Part shown: one piece after another, positions 36,196 to 44,332 of the stretch | Numbering within the stretch: the stretch's first letter is position 1 | How the letters are laid out: each line of letters begins with the position of its first letter | NCBI GenBank assembly: GCA_964349365.1 | Contig: CAYGFY010000013.1 | Span: 3,729 to 67,728, forward strand | Length of the DNA stretch: 64,000 nucleotides | Direction: 5' to 3' | From: an uncultured Bacteroidales bacterium | Lineage (GTDB): Bacteria > Bacteroidota > Bacteroidia > Bacteroidales > UBA7960 | Made by a program: the position numbers and the translations under genes | The notes under the pieces: generated by a model | Seen by the model: only the letters and a program-made list of their open reading frames with translations | What the model was told of the DNA's origin: nothing | Databases searched by the model: none

Positions 36196-37326
36196 ATGCA
36201 TTTGCAAAGGCTTTCGCTGGTAAATTTCCGAAATTATGCCGAATTGTCGGTCGAGTTTTCGCCAAAGTTCAATTGTTTGGGCGGAAAAAACGGCACCGGA
36301 AAAACCAACCTACTGGAGGCCATTTACTATCTTTCGTTTTGCAAGAGTTTCTCCAATCCAATTGATACCCAAAATATTATGTTTGGGCAAGAGATGTTCA
36401 TGATTCAGGGGCAGTATTTAATAAACGGCACTACCGATGAGCTTTATTGTGGCGTAAAGGCACGGCAACGAAAGGTTTTCAAGCGCAACAAAAAGGAGTA
36501 CGAGCGTTTAATGGACCACATTGGGAGCTTCCCGTTGGTTTTGGTGAGTCCCGGCGACGCTCGCCTAATTGACGAGGGAAGTGAAGAGAGGCGTAAGTTT
36601 GTTGACGGTGTTATTTCGCAATATAACAATTCATACTTACACAACCTGATTGATTACAATAGAGCATTAGCGCAGCGCAATGCCCTTCTAAAGATTTTTG
36701 CCGAGAGGCGAAGGTTCGACGCAGCTTCTCTAGAAATTTGGGATGAACAATTGGTTGGTCACGGCGAGGTTATTTTTGCAGAGCGCAAAAGATTTTTCGA
36801 GGACTTCTTGCCCGTGTTCATGAAATACCACCAAAAACTATCAGGTGGAGCAGAGACCGTAGGAATGACCTATCAAAGTACCCTTTTCGATGGAGATTTT
36901 GCAAGCCAAATAGTGGATGAACGCGAAAAAGACCGAATAATGCAACACACCACCGTGGGCATTCACAAAGACGACCTTGTTTTTGAAATTCACCAGGTGC
37001 CAGTAAAGAGGTTTGGCAGTCAAGGCCAACAAAAAACCTTCCTCATTGCACTGAAACTTGCGCAGCATGCTTTTATCAGAAACCTCAAGGGATTTAGCCC
37101 GATTTTACTGTTTGACGACATTTTTGACAAACTGGACGAAAACCGCGTGGAACATTTAATGACCTTGGTTAGCCAGAACAATTTCGGGCAGGTTTTCGTT
37201 ACCGATACTCATATTGACAGGCTCAAGAACCTTTTCACAAGAATAAAGGGCGAATCCTTCGTTTTTGAAGTTGAACAGGCCTCCGTAACAAAAAAGGCAA
37301 CTATTAACAAACAGGCAAATGCTTGA
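36196..37326 (+). CDS. recF: DNA replication/repair protein RecF
   Basis: MHLQRLSLVNFRNY, then the Walker A GKNGTGKTNLLEAI, the signature FGSQGQQKTF and the Walker B ILLFDDIFDKLD. Start moved to 36196 from the track start 36160. Confidence 0.92.
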   Translation: MHLQRLSLVNFRNYAELSVEFSPKFNCLGGKNGTGKTNLLEAIYYLSFCKSFSNPIDTQNIMFGQEMFMIQGQYLINGTTDELYCGVKARQRKVFKRNKKEYERLMDHIGSFPLVLVSPGDARLIDEGSEERRKFVDGVISQYNNSYLHNLIDYNRALAQRNALLKIFAERRRFDAASLEIWDEQLVGHGEVIFAERKRFFEDFLPVFMKYHQKLSGGAETVGMTYQSTLFDGDFASQIVDEREKDRIMQHTTVGIHKDDLVFEIHQVPVKRFGSQGQQKTFLIALKLAQHAFIRNLKGFSPILLFDDIFDKLDENRVEHLMTLVSQNNFGQVFVTDTHIDRLKNLFTRIKGESFVFEVEQASVTKKATINKQANA

Positions 37327-37609
37327 CCACAACCAGAAACGAATTGGCGACCTGATCAAGAGTTTAATCAAGGAATTAGGACTTGAAGAAAAGCTTAACG
37401 AGGCCAAGATATTTGCAGTATGGGAAAAAAAAATGGGGCCGAGTATAAAGAAGCACACCAAGAAAATAACCTTGAAAAAAAGTACCGTAACAATATATCT
37501 AGATTCGCCCGTATTAAGACAAGAGTTCCTGTACGAAAAAACTAGTTTGATAAAAATGTTTAATGAGGAGCTTGGTTTCGAGGGGGTTAAGGATGTGGTT
37601 TTGAGGTAA
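37319..37609 (+). CDS. DUF721 domain protein (conserved RecF neighbour)
   Basis: 96-aa ORF overlapping the recF stop by 8 nt. IFAVWEKKMGPSIKKHTKKITLKKSTVTIYLDSPVLRQEF is typical of DUF721. Confidence 0.75.
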   Translation: MLDHNQKRIGDLIKSLIKELGLEEKLNEAKIFAVWEKKMGPSIKKHTKKITLKKSTVTIYLDSPVLRQEFLYEKTSLIKMFNEELGFEGVKDVVLR

Positions 37610-37636
37610 TCCTTTTGCCATTAGGGGACTTTTTTG
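37610..37636 (+). terminator. possible weak terminator after the DUF721 gene
   Basis: TCCTTT...AGGGGA stem with two G-U pairs, followed by C and six T. Confidence 0.35.
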
Positions 37637-37638
37637 TA

Positions 37639-37678
37639 GCACAAAGTTTCTCAAAGCATTTCACAAAGTTCCACAAAG
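37639..37678 (+). repeat. solo CACAAAG/CTCAAAG word array homologous to the left end of the GxxExxY cassette
   Basis: The sequence is GCACAAAGTTTCTCAAAGCATTTCACAAAGTTCCACAAAG. The cassette end reads GCACAAAGTTACTCAAAG....CTCAAAGTTCCACAAAG. The two share blocks of 17/18 and 15/15 identity. Confidence 0.8.
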
Positions 37679-37744
37679 TAAGGCAATAAAAGATTAGGAA
37701 CACAAATGGTTTTTGAGTTTTTCGATTGAGATTTAATAACAAAT

Positions 37745-38707
37745 ATGAGAGGTAAGAAAAGGGAGGTTTTTTTAGGTATCGATGTCGGAGGCACCAGCAT
37801 AAAGGCCGGTCTTTTTGACACCAAATACCATCTACTATCGCGTTTTAGCCTTGCAGTGAGCAAGGACGATAACCCTTCCGATTGTTTTACTACCTTGTTA
37901 GATTGGTTAAAGACTCCCGAGGTTTCAAACCAATACAATGTTATTTCTGCCGGAATGGGCTTGCCGGGGTTGTTCGACCAAGATTCAGGTGCTTTGAAAA
38001 TGGCTCCAAACCTTCCAAAATGGGTTGGTTTCGGGATTAGAACCTTTTTCGAGAAGGAAACTGGATTGAAAATTTTAGTTGATAACGACGCAAATATGGC
38101 TGCTCTTGGCGAATACGAGGTTGGCAGTGGCAGTGATTTTGCCAGTATGGTTATGCTTACCCTTGGAACGGGTGTTGGAGGAGCTATAATCGTTGACGGG
38201 AAAATGCTCGAGCTAAACGGTTTTTCAAGTGAAATAGGCCACATGATCATAGATATTAACGGTGTGTTGTGTAGCTGTGGCCACCGAGGCTGCCTTGAAA
38301 CTCTCGCAGCCAAGAATGGTATTATAAGGCTTTTCTACAATACCTTGGAAAAAAACGGTGCGGTAGAAAGCAATTACAAGGATTTAGAACAAATTACTCC
38401 ACTGCAACTATCCAAATTGGCCCGAGAGGGCGACAAGTTTGCCATGTGTACTTATAGGCAATCGGGCAGGGCCGTTGGAATAGGGATTAGCAACATTCTT
38501 AATATTATTAGACTCGATGGTGTTGTAATTGGTGGTGGGATTGCCAATGCCTGGGATGGTTTTTTTCAATCAATAGAACAAACCGTTGCAAAATTAACCT
38601 TTGATTTCAACCCCGAAAAAACCAAAATCAAAAAAGCCTCTCTAGGCTCCGATGCCGGGATTATTGGATCAGCAGTAATGGCGAGGAAAGTGAAAAATGA
38701 AAAGTGA
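37745..38707 (+). CDS. ROK family sugar kinase (glucokinase-like)
   Basis: 320-aa ORF with FLGIDVGGTSIKAGL and the ROK zinc motif CSCGHRGCLET. The overlapping 37651..38313 minus ORF is an antisense shadow. Confidence 0.88.
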   Translation: MRGKKREVFLGIDVGGTSIKAGLFDTKYHLLSRFSLAVSKDDNPSDCFTTLLDWLKTPEVSNQYNVISAGMGLPGLFDQDSGALKMAPNLPKWVGFGIRTFFEKETGLKILVDNDANMAALGEYEVGSGSDFASMVMLTLGTGVGGAIIVDGKMLELNGFSSEIGHMIIDINGVLCSCGHRGCLETLAAKNGIIRLFYNTLEKNGAVESNYKDLEQITPLQLSKLAREGDKFAMCTYRQSGRAVGIGISNILNIIRLDGVVIGGGIANAWDGFFQSIEQTVAKLTFDFNPEKTKIKKASLGSDAGIIGSAVMARKVKNEK

Positions 38708-38900
38708 AAAGTGAAAAGTAAAAAGTAATTGGTGATTGGTGACAAAAAAGAGTTTAAATGTTTTTAAGTTTTATGGTTTAAACGATTAAACATTTCAACC
38801 TTGAAACCCTCTTCAATTCGTAATTCTCAATTGTCATTCGTTAATCGTTAATATCTCAATCGTTCCATCTCTCCATCGTTCAATCGTTTCCTCGCTCTCT
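38689..38900 (+). repeat. composite skewed-word element, copy A (heptamer GTGAAAA array + GGTGATTGG + AACGATTAAAC...CTCTTCAATTCGTAATTC + CAATCGTT words)
   Basis: Its core 38727-38832 aligns with 44150-44290 and with the reverse complement of 57896-58030. The left half is nearly C-free and the right half is G-poor. Confidence 0.85.
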
Positions 38901-38903
38901 GCC

Positions 38904-39518
38904 TTAAGCTCCCAGCACATCCTCTGCCTTAACGACTTTACCGCCCTTCGAAATGATCTCTTGCTTCATTTTTTCGAATCCTTCCGTGTCAATAGGCCTG
39001 GTGGCATCATGAATTAAAAAGGTTTCGAAACCTTGCTCAATGGCATCTAGTGCCGTAAACCCCACACAGTAATCGCCCGCCAGGCCCACCAAATATACTC
39101 GGGTAACTCCCCTGCCCTTCAGGTATGCTGCAAGCCCCGTGTCCTTTAGTTTTCCATTATCGAAAAAACCACTGTAAGAATCTATTCCCGGATCGGTTCC
39201 CTTTCGAAAAATCGCTTCGATTGGGTTTTTATCGAGGAGTTGGGCCAACTCGGCTCCTGCAAAACCCTGCATGCAATGATCAGGCCACAGAACTTGATCC
39301 ATGCCTCCCAAAACGCCCATGTCGAATGGTTTCGCACCCACGTGAGAAGATGCAAAGCTACCGTGGTTTTCAGGATGCCAATCTTGAGTGGCAACAACAA
39401 TTTCGAAAATGGGTTGTAACGAATTTATAACTCCTATTATTTGATCGCCCCCGGGTACGGCCAATGCACCACCGGGCAAGAAATCATTTTGAACGTCGAT
39501 AATTAACAGGGCTTTCAT
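38904..39518 (-). CDS. pncA: nicotinamidase (isochorismatase family)
   Basis: 204-aa ORF with LLIIDVQNDF and the catalytic Cys region GLAGDYCVGFTALDA. It is adjacent to pncB. Confidence 0.88.
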   Translation of the reverse strand: MKALLIIDVQNDFLPGGALAVPGGDQIIGVINSLQPIFEIVVATQDWHPENHGSFASSHVGAKPFDMGVLGGMDQVLWPDHCMQGFAGAELAQLLDKNPIEAIFRKGTDPGIDSYSGFFDNGKLKDTGLAAYLKGRGVTRVYLVGLAGDYCVGFTALDAIEQGFETFLIHDATRPIDTEGFEKMKQEIISKGGKVVKAEDVLGA

Positions 39519-39538
39519 GTAAATTTCTATTTTATGGT

Positions 39539-40942
39539 TTACGGGGTCGAGGTTCTGTCCTTCACAAGCTTGGCTTTTAAATCAAGTAATTCGGCAGATA
39601 TTCCAACTTTGTAAATGTGCGGAAAATCGAATCGCTGATGTTCGAGAGGAAGGCTTTTCAATCTTTCCCTCGCCACGGTTTGCAAATCCCCGAGGGTTTT
39701 CCTTTCGGAAACGGTTTTTCCGTCTTTAATGTGCCGGACAAACACTTCAGTAGTTTTCAATCCTATAAGCGAAATGTATTTTTCCTTATCCGTGGGGTGA
39801 AACATTTTATCTGGCAATGGCTGTCCTTCCAATACAATGCAGTCGGCCTGGAAATATCCATCTTCATCAACAAAACGCAACACCTTTTTCTTTCCGGGAA
39901 GGGTAATCTTTTGAACGTTTTCGGAGATTTTTAGCTTTGGAATGCCAGCCGATTCAGAAAGCTTGAAAACCCCATCGAGGGCTCCGTCGGGCCTGCCGAT
40001 AATCATACTCGTACCAACGCCAAAAATGTCGATGGGGGCGCCTTGCTCGAGCAAGCTCTTAATAACGTACTCGTCGAGTTGGTTTGAAACTACTATCTTA
40101 ACATAATCCAAACCATTTTTGTCGAGAATAAGGCGGGCTTTTTTGGAAAGGTAAGCCAGGTCGCCGCTATCGAGCCTGATGGCGTTAAGTTTGCGACCAA
40201 GTGCTTCAAGTTCCTTTGCAACAGTTATTGCATTTGGAATTCCGCTTGATAGAGTGTTGTAAGTGTCAACCAGCAAAACACACTTATCCGGAAAGGTTTG
40301 GGCGTAAGCCCTAAAGGCTTCAAGCTCGGTATCGAAGCTTTCAATAAATGAATGAGCCATTGTTCCGGATGGTGTTATTCCAAAATCGAGTGCAGCCAAA
40401 ACGTTTGAAGTGCAATTGAATCCGCCAATTATCGAAGCCCGAGTGGCCAGCATTGCTCCTGTGCCCTGTGCGCGTCTCAAACCAAAATCCACAAGTATCC
40501 TCTGCCCTGCCGATTGTCTCACACGCGCGGCCTTTGTTGCAATAAGCGATTGGAAGTTAACAAGGTTGAGCAAAGCCGTTTCAATAAGCTGACACTCTAG
40601 TATGGTACCTTCCACACGCAAGATCGGTTCGTTCGGAAAAACTACCTCGCCTTCAATCATACCACAGATGCTTCCGCGAAAGCGAAACCCTTCTAGATAT
40701 TCCAAATACTGCCGATCAAAGCCCTGGCCTTTGAGGTAATCAAAATCTCTTTCCGAAAAACGAAAATCTTCCAGAACTTCAAACAGGGGTTCCAATCCGG
40801 CAAGTATCACAAAACCACCCTTGAAAGGGAACTTGCGAAAAAAATAATCGAAGCAAGAGGTGGTTTCGTGCTTGTTTTGTTTAAAATAAGCCTGCCCCAT
40901 TGTTAGCTGGTAAAGGTCGGTATAGAGGGGGGAAATTTTCAT
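39539..40942 (-). CDS. pncB: nicotinate phosphoribosyltransferase
   Basis: 467-aa ORF with TDLYQLTMGQAYF, DFGLRRAQG and SGTMAHSFIESF. Confidence 0.9.
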   Translation of the reverse strand: MKISPLYTDLYQLTMGQAYFKQNKHETTSCFDYFFRKFPFKGGFVILAGLEPLFEVLEDFRFSERDFDYLKGQGFDRQYLEYLEGFRFRGSICGMIEGEVVFPNEPILRVEGTILECQLIETALLNLVNFQSLIATKAARVRQSAGQRILVDFGLRRAQGTGAMLATRASIIGGFNCTSNVLAALDFGITPSGTMAHSFIESFDTELEAFRAYAQTFPDKCVLLVDTYNTLSSGIPNAITVAKELEALGRKLNAIRLDSGDLAYLSKKARLILDKNGLDYVKIVVSNQLDEYVIKSLLEQGAPIDIFGVGTSMIIGRPDGALDGVFKLSESAGIPKLKISENVQKITLPGKKKVLRFVDEDGYFQADCIVLEGQPLPDKMFHPTDKEKYISLIGLKTTEVFVRHIKDGKTVSERKTLGDLQTVARERLKSLPLEHQRFDFPHIYKVGISAELLDLKAKLVKDRTSTP

Positions 40943-41411
40943 GTGATGAGTGAATGGTTAACGGTTAAGAGTGAAGAACTAAGGCTTTGTTTTCGATTTT
41001 AACGGGCCGGTTGACGAGACCAAAATTGATGCTTGTTCTTTGCATTGAAAGGAAGGTTCTCAAACGGGGATTCATTTAAAAAATCAGTGTCATTTAAAAT
41101 GTTTAACCATTACCCTTTTTCGTTAGCTTCTTTTGGTGCGAAGGTAAATTTATTCACGAAATCAGGTTAACTTGGTTCTGATCGGCTTCCCTTGCCAAGG
41201 CATCAATTGCGGTTCCCTACTTTAGCAGTTGTATGGTTATTACGAATTCATTATGTTCCATAACCTGCAACCGACATAATCTAACAACCTCAACAGCAAA
41301 ATCGCATGACTGTTCTTTTAAGGGTCCAACCTTACGCCCAGATTTCAGGTTAATTTATTCTTTAAACTCTTGGTTCTTAGTTTTTAACTCTTTGCTCTTC
41401 ACTCTTTGTTC

Positions 41412-42794
41412 TTAACTTTTAACCACAAAAACCTGCGCTGTCTCGTATTTTACAACGGTTACTTTTTCACCCTTTTCCACGTAGCCGGTAAGAGCCGTGG
41501 CATCGTAAACTTCGCCATTGATCTCAACCTTGCCGCTGGGGCGAAGCACCGTAAAGGCAACACCCGATTGGCCAACCAACGCTGCAATCTCACTAATTGC
41601 CGAAGTATATCCTTTCTCCTTGCCCTGTTCGGTTTGGAGGGCAAATCCGGCAAACCTCTGGGTTTTGGTAAAAAGCTTTCCTGAAAGCCAAATTGAACCA
41701 ACTATGGAAAGAAACATGGCGATTAAAACCACCGAAAACGAACCCACTATCTCCTTGGTAGGGATGCCCCTGAAATTGAACCCATCATTTCCGAGCATGG
41801 CCAAAACCAACGACATAACCATGAAGGAAATACCAATGACTCCTGCAACCCCAAAACCAGGCAATACAAAAATTTCGACACCAAGAAGTATAATTCCAAT
41901 CCCGAACAAAATAATTTCCCAATTGGAAGCCAATCCTTCAAGGTAATTTGGAGCGAAAAACAAGGTAGCAGCAATTATTGCAACAAGCAGGGGGAAGCCC
42001 ACACCCGGCGTTTGGAACTCAAAGTAAACACCGCCAAGGATTAGCATGATCAGCAAACCGCTGATTAAAGGATTAAGTAGAAAAGTAATAATTCTATCAA
42101 GAATTGTAAGTCTTAGTTCCATGATAGTGTAATTCTCAATCCCTGCAATGGTTAATACTTCGGAAACGGTTTCTGCCGTGCCTTCACTAAAACCGTGTTT
42201 CTTGGCTTCGGAAGCGGTGAATGTAAGAACCTTGCCTTCTTCTATTATTCCCGGAATTTCGATGCTAGGGTCAACCATTGCTTGCGCAATATCGGGGTTG
42301 CGTCCCTTTGCTTCGGCAGTTGACCTCATCATGCTACGCATGTACGATTGAAATTTGTCGGCAACCACTTCGCCGGTTTGGTCAACAACAGTGGCGGCAC
42401 CAATGTTTGCACCGGAGCGCATGTAAATACGGTCGGATGCAATAGAAATCAAGGCTCCTGCAGAGGCCGCGTTGTTGTCAACAAACACGATTACCGGAAT
42501 TTTTGATTGCATTATTCGAGTGCGTACCGAGTCGGCAATATTAACCATTCCCCCGTAGGTGTTCATGTGTATTAGAATGAAGTCAACCTTGAGGCTATCA
42601 GCTTCCTTAAATGCCTTTTGAAGTTTGAACAACACGGGGGGGGCAATATTTTCCTTCATTTCAAATTTGTAAACCATGAAGGTTCTTGTGGGGTCTTTTT
42701 CAATAATTTGAGAAATGCGGTCATTCTCTCTGGCAAAACTAATTAAAGAGAAAACCATGATGGAAATGGCCAGAAACGCAAATCGCTTTTTCAT
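41412..42794 (-). CDS. membrane-bound NfeD-family protein (ClpP-class serine protease domain + TM bundle + C-terminal OB fold)
   Basis: 460-aa ORF. The N-terminal ClpP-like domain has NTYGGMV and NNAASAGALI. Central TM helices follow, then a C-terminal RPSGKVEINGEVYDA. Confidence 0.82.
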   Translation of the reverse strand: MKKRFAFLAISIMVFSLISFARENDRISQIIEKDPTRTFMVYKFEMKENIAPPVLFKLQKAFKEADSLKVDFILIHMNTYGGMVNIADSVRTRIMQSKIPVIVFVDNNAASAGALISIASDRIYMRSGANIGAATVVDQTGEVVADKFQSYMRSMMRSTAEAKGRNPDIAQAMVDPSIEIPGIIEEGKVLTFTASEAKKHGFSEGTAETVSEVLTIAGIENYTIMELRLTILDRIITFLLNPLISGLLIMLILGGVYFEFQTPGVGFPLLVAIIAATLFFAPNYLEGLASNWEIILFGIGIILLGVEIFVLPGFGVAGVIGISFMVMSLVLAMLGNDGFNFRGIPTKEIVGSFSVVLIAMFLSIVGSIWLSGKLFTKTQRFAGFALQTEQGKEKGYTSAISEIAALVGQSGVAFTVLRPSGKVEINGEVYDATALTGYVEKGEKVTVVKYETAQVFVVKS

Positions 42795-42849
42795 GTTGTG
42801 GGTTGAATAATCATTTGTGAAACGAAATTAATCAAAAATAAATCAATTG

Positions 42850-42894
42850 CTGAAAATAAAACAACTCGGCTTTAACAATGTTTGGAAGCCGAGT
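42850..42894 (-). terminator. rho-independent terminator after fsa/tal
   Basis: ACTCGGCTT ... AAGCCGAGT is a 9-bp stem. On the minus strand it is followed by TGTTTTATTTTC. Confidence 0.6.
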
Positions 42895-42932
42895 ATTTAT
42901 TATTAAAAATCATAGGTTTCTGAAACAAAAAC

Positions 42933-43586
42933 CTAAAGGAATTTCTTGGAATCGGCAAGGAATTTTTCCAAACCCAAATCTGTAAGCGGGTGGTTTAGAA
43001 GTGCGAGAATTGGCTCGAGCGGACAGGTCACCACGTCGGCACCGGCTTCTGCACACGACACGATATGCCTTGCATGACGGATGCTGGCTGCCAAAACCTG
43101 TGTTTCGAACCCATGAATACTGTAAATGTTCACAATTTCGTGAACGAGGGTGAGACCATCAACCGAAACATCGTCAAGACGGCCTATAAAAGGGGAAACG
43201 TAGGTTGCTCCGGCTTTGGCGGCAAGAATTGCCTGACCAGGCGAAAAGACCAAAGTGCAGTTGGTTTTTATTCCTTTTTTAGAAAAATACTTGATGGCCT
43301 TAATGCCGTCCTTGATCATTGGAACCTTAACAACGATTTGAGGATGAAGCGCGGCCAAGGCTTCGCCTTCGCGCACTATTCCTTCAAAATCGGTTGCAAT
43401 AACCTCGGCACTAACATCGCCGTCAACAATGTTGCAAATGTCAACGTAATGCTTCATTACGTTTTCGTGCCCGCTTATGCCAACCTTTGCCATTAGCGAT
43501 GGGTTGGTGGTTACACCATCGAGTATTCCAAGGTCATTTGCTTCCCTTATTTGGTCAAGGTTTGCTGTATCGATGAAAAATTTCAT
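42933..43586 (-). CDS. fsa: fructose-6-phosphate aldolase / short (class 3B) transaldolase
   Basis: 217-aa ORF with MKFFIDTANLDQI, GVTTNPSL and VVKVP (Schiff-base Lys). Confidence 0.88.
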   Translation of the reverse strand: MKFFIDTANLDQIREANDLGILDGVTTNPSLMAKVGISGHENVMKHYVDICNIVDGDVSAEVIATDFEGIVREGEALAALHPQIVVKVPMIKDGIKAIKYFSKKGIKTNCTLVFSPGQAILAAKAGATYVSPFIGRLDDVSVDGLTLVHEIVNIYSIHGFETQVLAASIRHARHIVSCAEAGADVVTCPLEPILALLNHPLTDLGLEKFLADSKKFL

Positions 43587-43819
43587 TTTTAAAAGTTTTA
43601 AGAGTTTAAATGTTTAAAAAGTTGATACGTAGAGGGTTATTTGGGTTTGCGGTCATTTATGGTAGGTTGCACATGGCAACATTAAGCAAAATTATAGCTC
43701 ATGGCACAAAGCAGGTGTCGATGGTCTGTTTTTGCAATTTCAATATTGAGTTGTATTTATTACCAATCAACAATCAATCGCCGTTTAGCTTTTTGCCCTT
43801 GGCCATAACCACAAAAAAA

Positions 43820-43914
43820 GGGTAAGCTTAATATCGCACCGCTACGACCGCCTACCCTTGCTACCTTCCGATCCTGGGGGAGTTCAGCGGGAGCTGGTCG
43901 TATCAACCTTACCC
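43820..43914 (-). ncRNA. ffs: signal recognition particle RNA (small bacterial type)
   Basis: The minus-strand sequence is GGGUAAG..UACGACC...CCCCCAGGAUCGGAAGGUAGCAAGGGUAGGC GGUCGUA...CUUACCC. It has the universal domain IV pattern CAGG..GGAA tetraloop..AGCA. The terminal helix is GGGUAAG/CUUACCC and the inner helix is UACGACC/GGUCGUA. A U-run follows at 43813-43819, and a TACTTTTG -7 box sits 5 nt upstream. Confidence 0.85.
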
Positions 43915-43918
43915 GGTG

Positions 43919-43926
43919 CAAAAGTA
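43919..43926 (-). promoter_or_regulatory. -7 promoter box TACTTTTG for ffs
   Basis: The reverse complement of CAAAAGTA is TACTTTTG, immediately upstream of the predicted 5' end of the SRP RNA. Confidence 0.5.
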
Positions 43927-44094
43927 ATACTTTTTTTTCGAAAATATTATTTTTTAATTGAAAGCAAAAGGTAGATAGTCAAAAAGTTAAAAGTCGGTAG
44001 TTGATCTGTGTAAATCTTTTCGATTACTGGCGGTTCTGTGATGAAACATTTGGTAGTTTGTGATTAATAAGTTGCTGGTTTTCTATCAAAGGCC

Positions 44095-44290
44095 CTTTTT
44101 TACCACAATTACACGAAGCTGAAGCCACGCAATGAACGCAAAGTCAAGAGTGATTGGTAATTGGTGATTGGTAAAAAAAAAGTTAATTGTTTTAAAGTTC
44201 TAAACGATTAAACCTTTCAACCTTAAAACCCTCTTCAAATCGCAATTCGCAATTTTTAATTCTCATTTGTTCATTCTCAATTCTCAATTA
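44095..44290 (+). repeat. composite skewed-word element, copy B (long form)
   Basis: The sequence is TTTTACCACAATTACACGAAGCTGAAGCCACGCAATGAACGCAAAGTCAAGAGTGATTGGTAATTGGTGATTGGTAAAAAAA...AACGATTAAACCTTTCAACCTTAAAACCCTCTTCAAATCGCAATTCGC. It aligns along its length with the reverse complement of 57896-58078. Confidence 0.88.
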
Positions 44291-44308
44291 AAATTTGCGG
44301 TTTTTGGT

Positions 44309-44316
44309 TAAATTTG
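44309..44316 (+). promoter_or_regulatory. -7 promoter box TAAATTTG upstream of uvrB
   Basis: Exact TAnnTTTG match, 17 nt upstream of the ATG at 44333. Confidence 0.45.
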
Positions 44317-44332
44317 CAGAAATCAACATTTG

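Noticed and set aside
35826-36365. 179-aa + ORF spanning the ftsY-recF gap and the recF start
   Set aside because: It overlaps the genuine recF N-terminus in another frame. It is Pro/Arg/Gly-rich with no motif, and the recF -7 box lies within it.
37651-38313. 220-aa minus-strand ORF overlapping the ROK kinase gene
   Set aside because: The + strand ORF has unmistakable ROK motifs (DVGGTSIKAG, CSCGHRGCLE). The minus ORF is Pro/Ser-rich low-complexity sequence typical of antisense translation.
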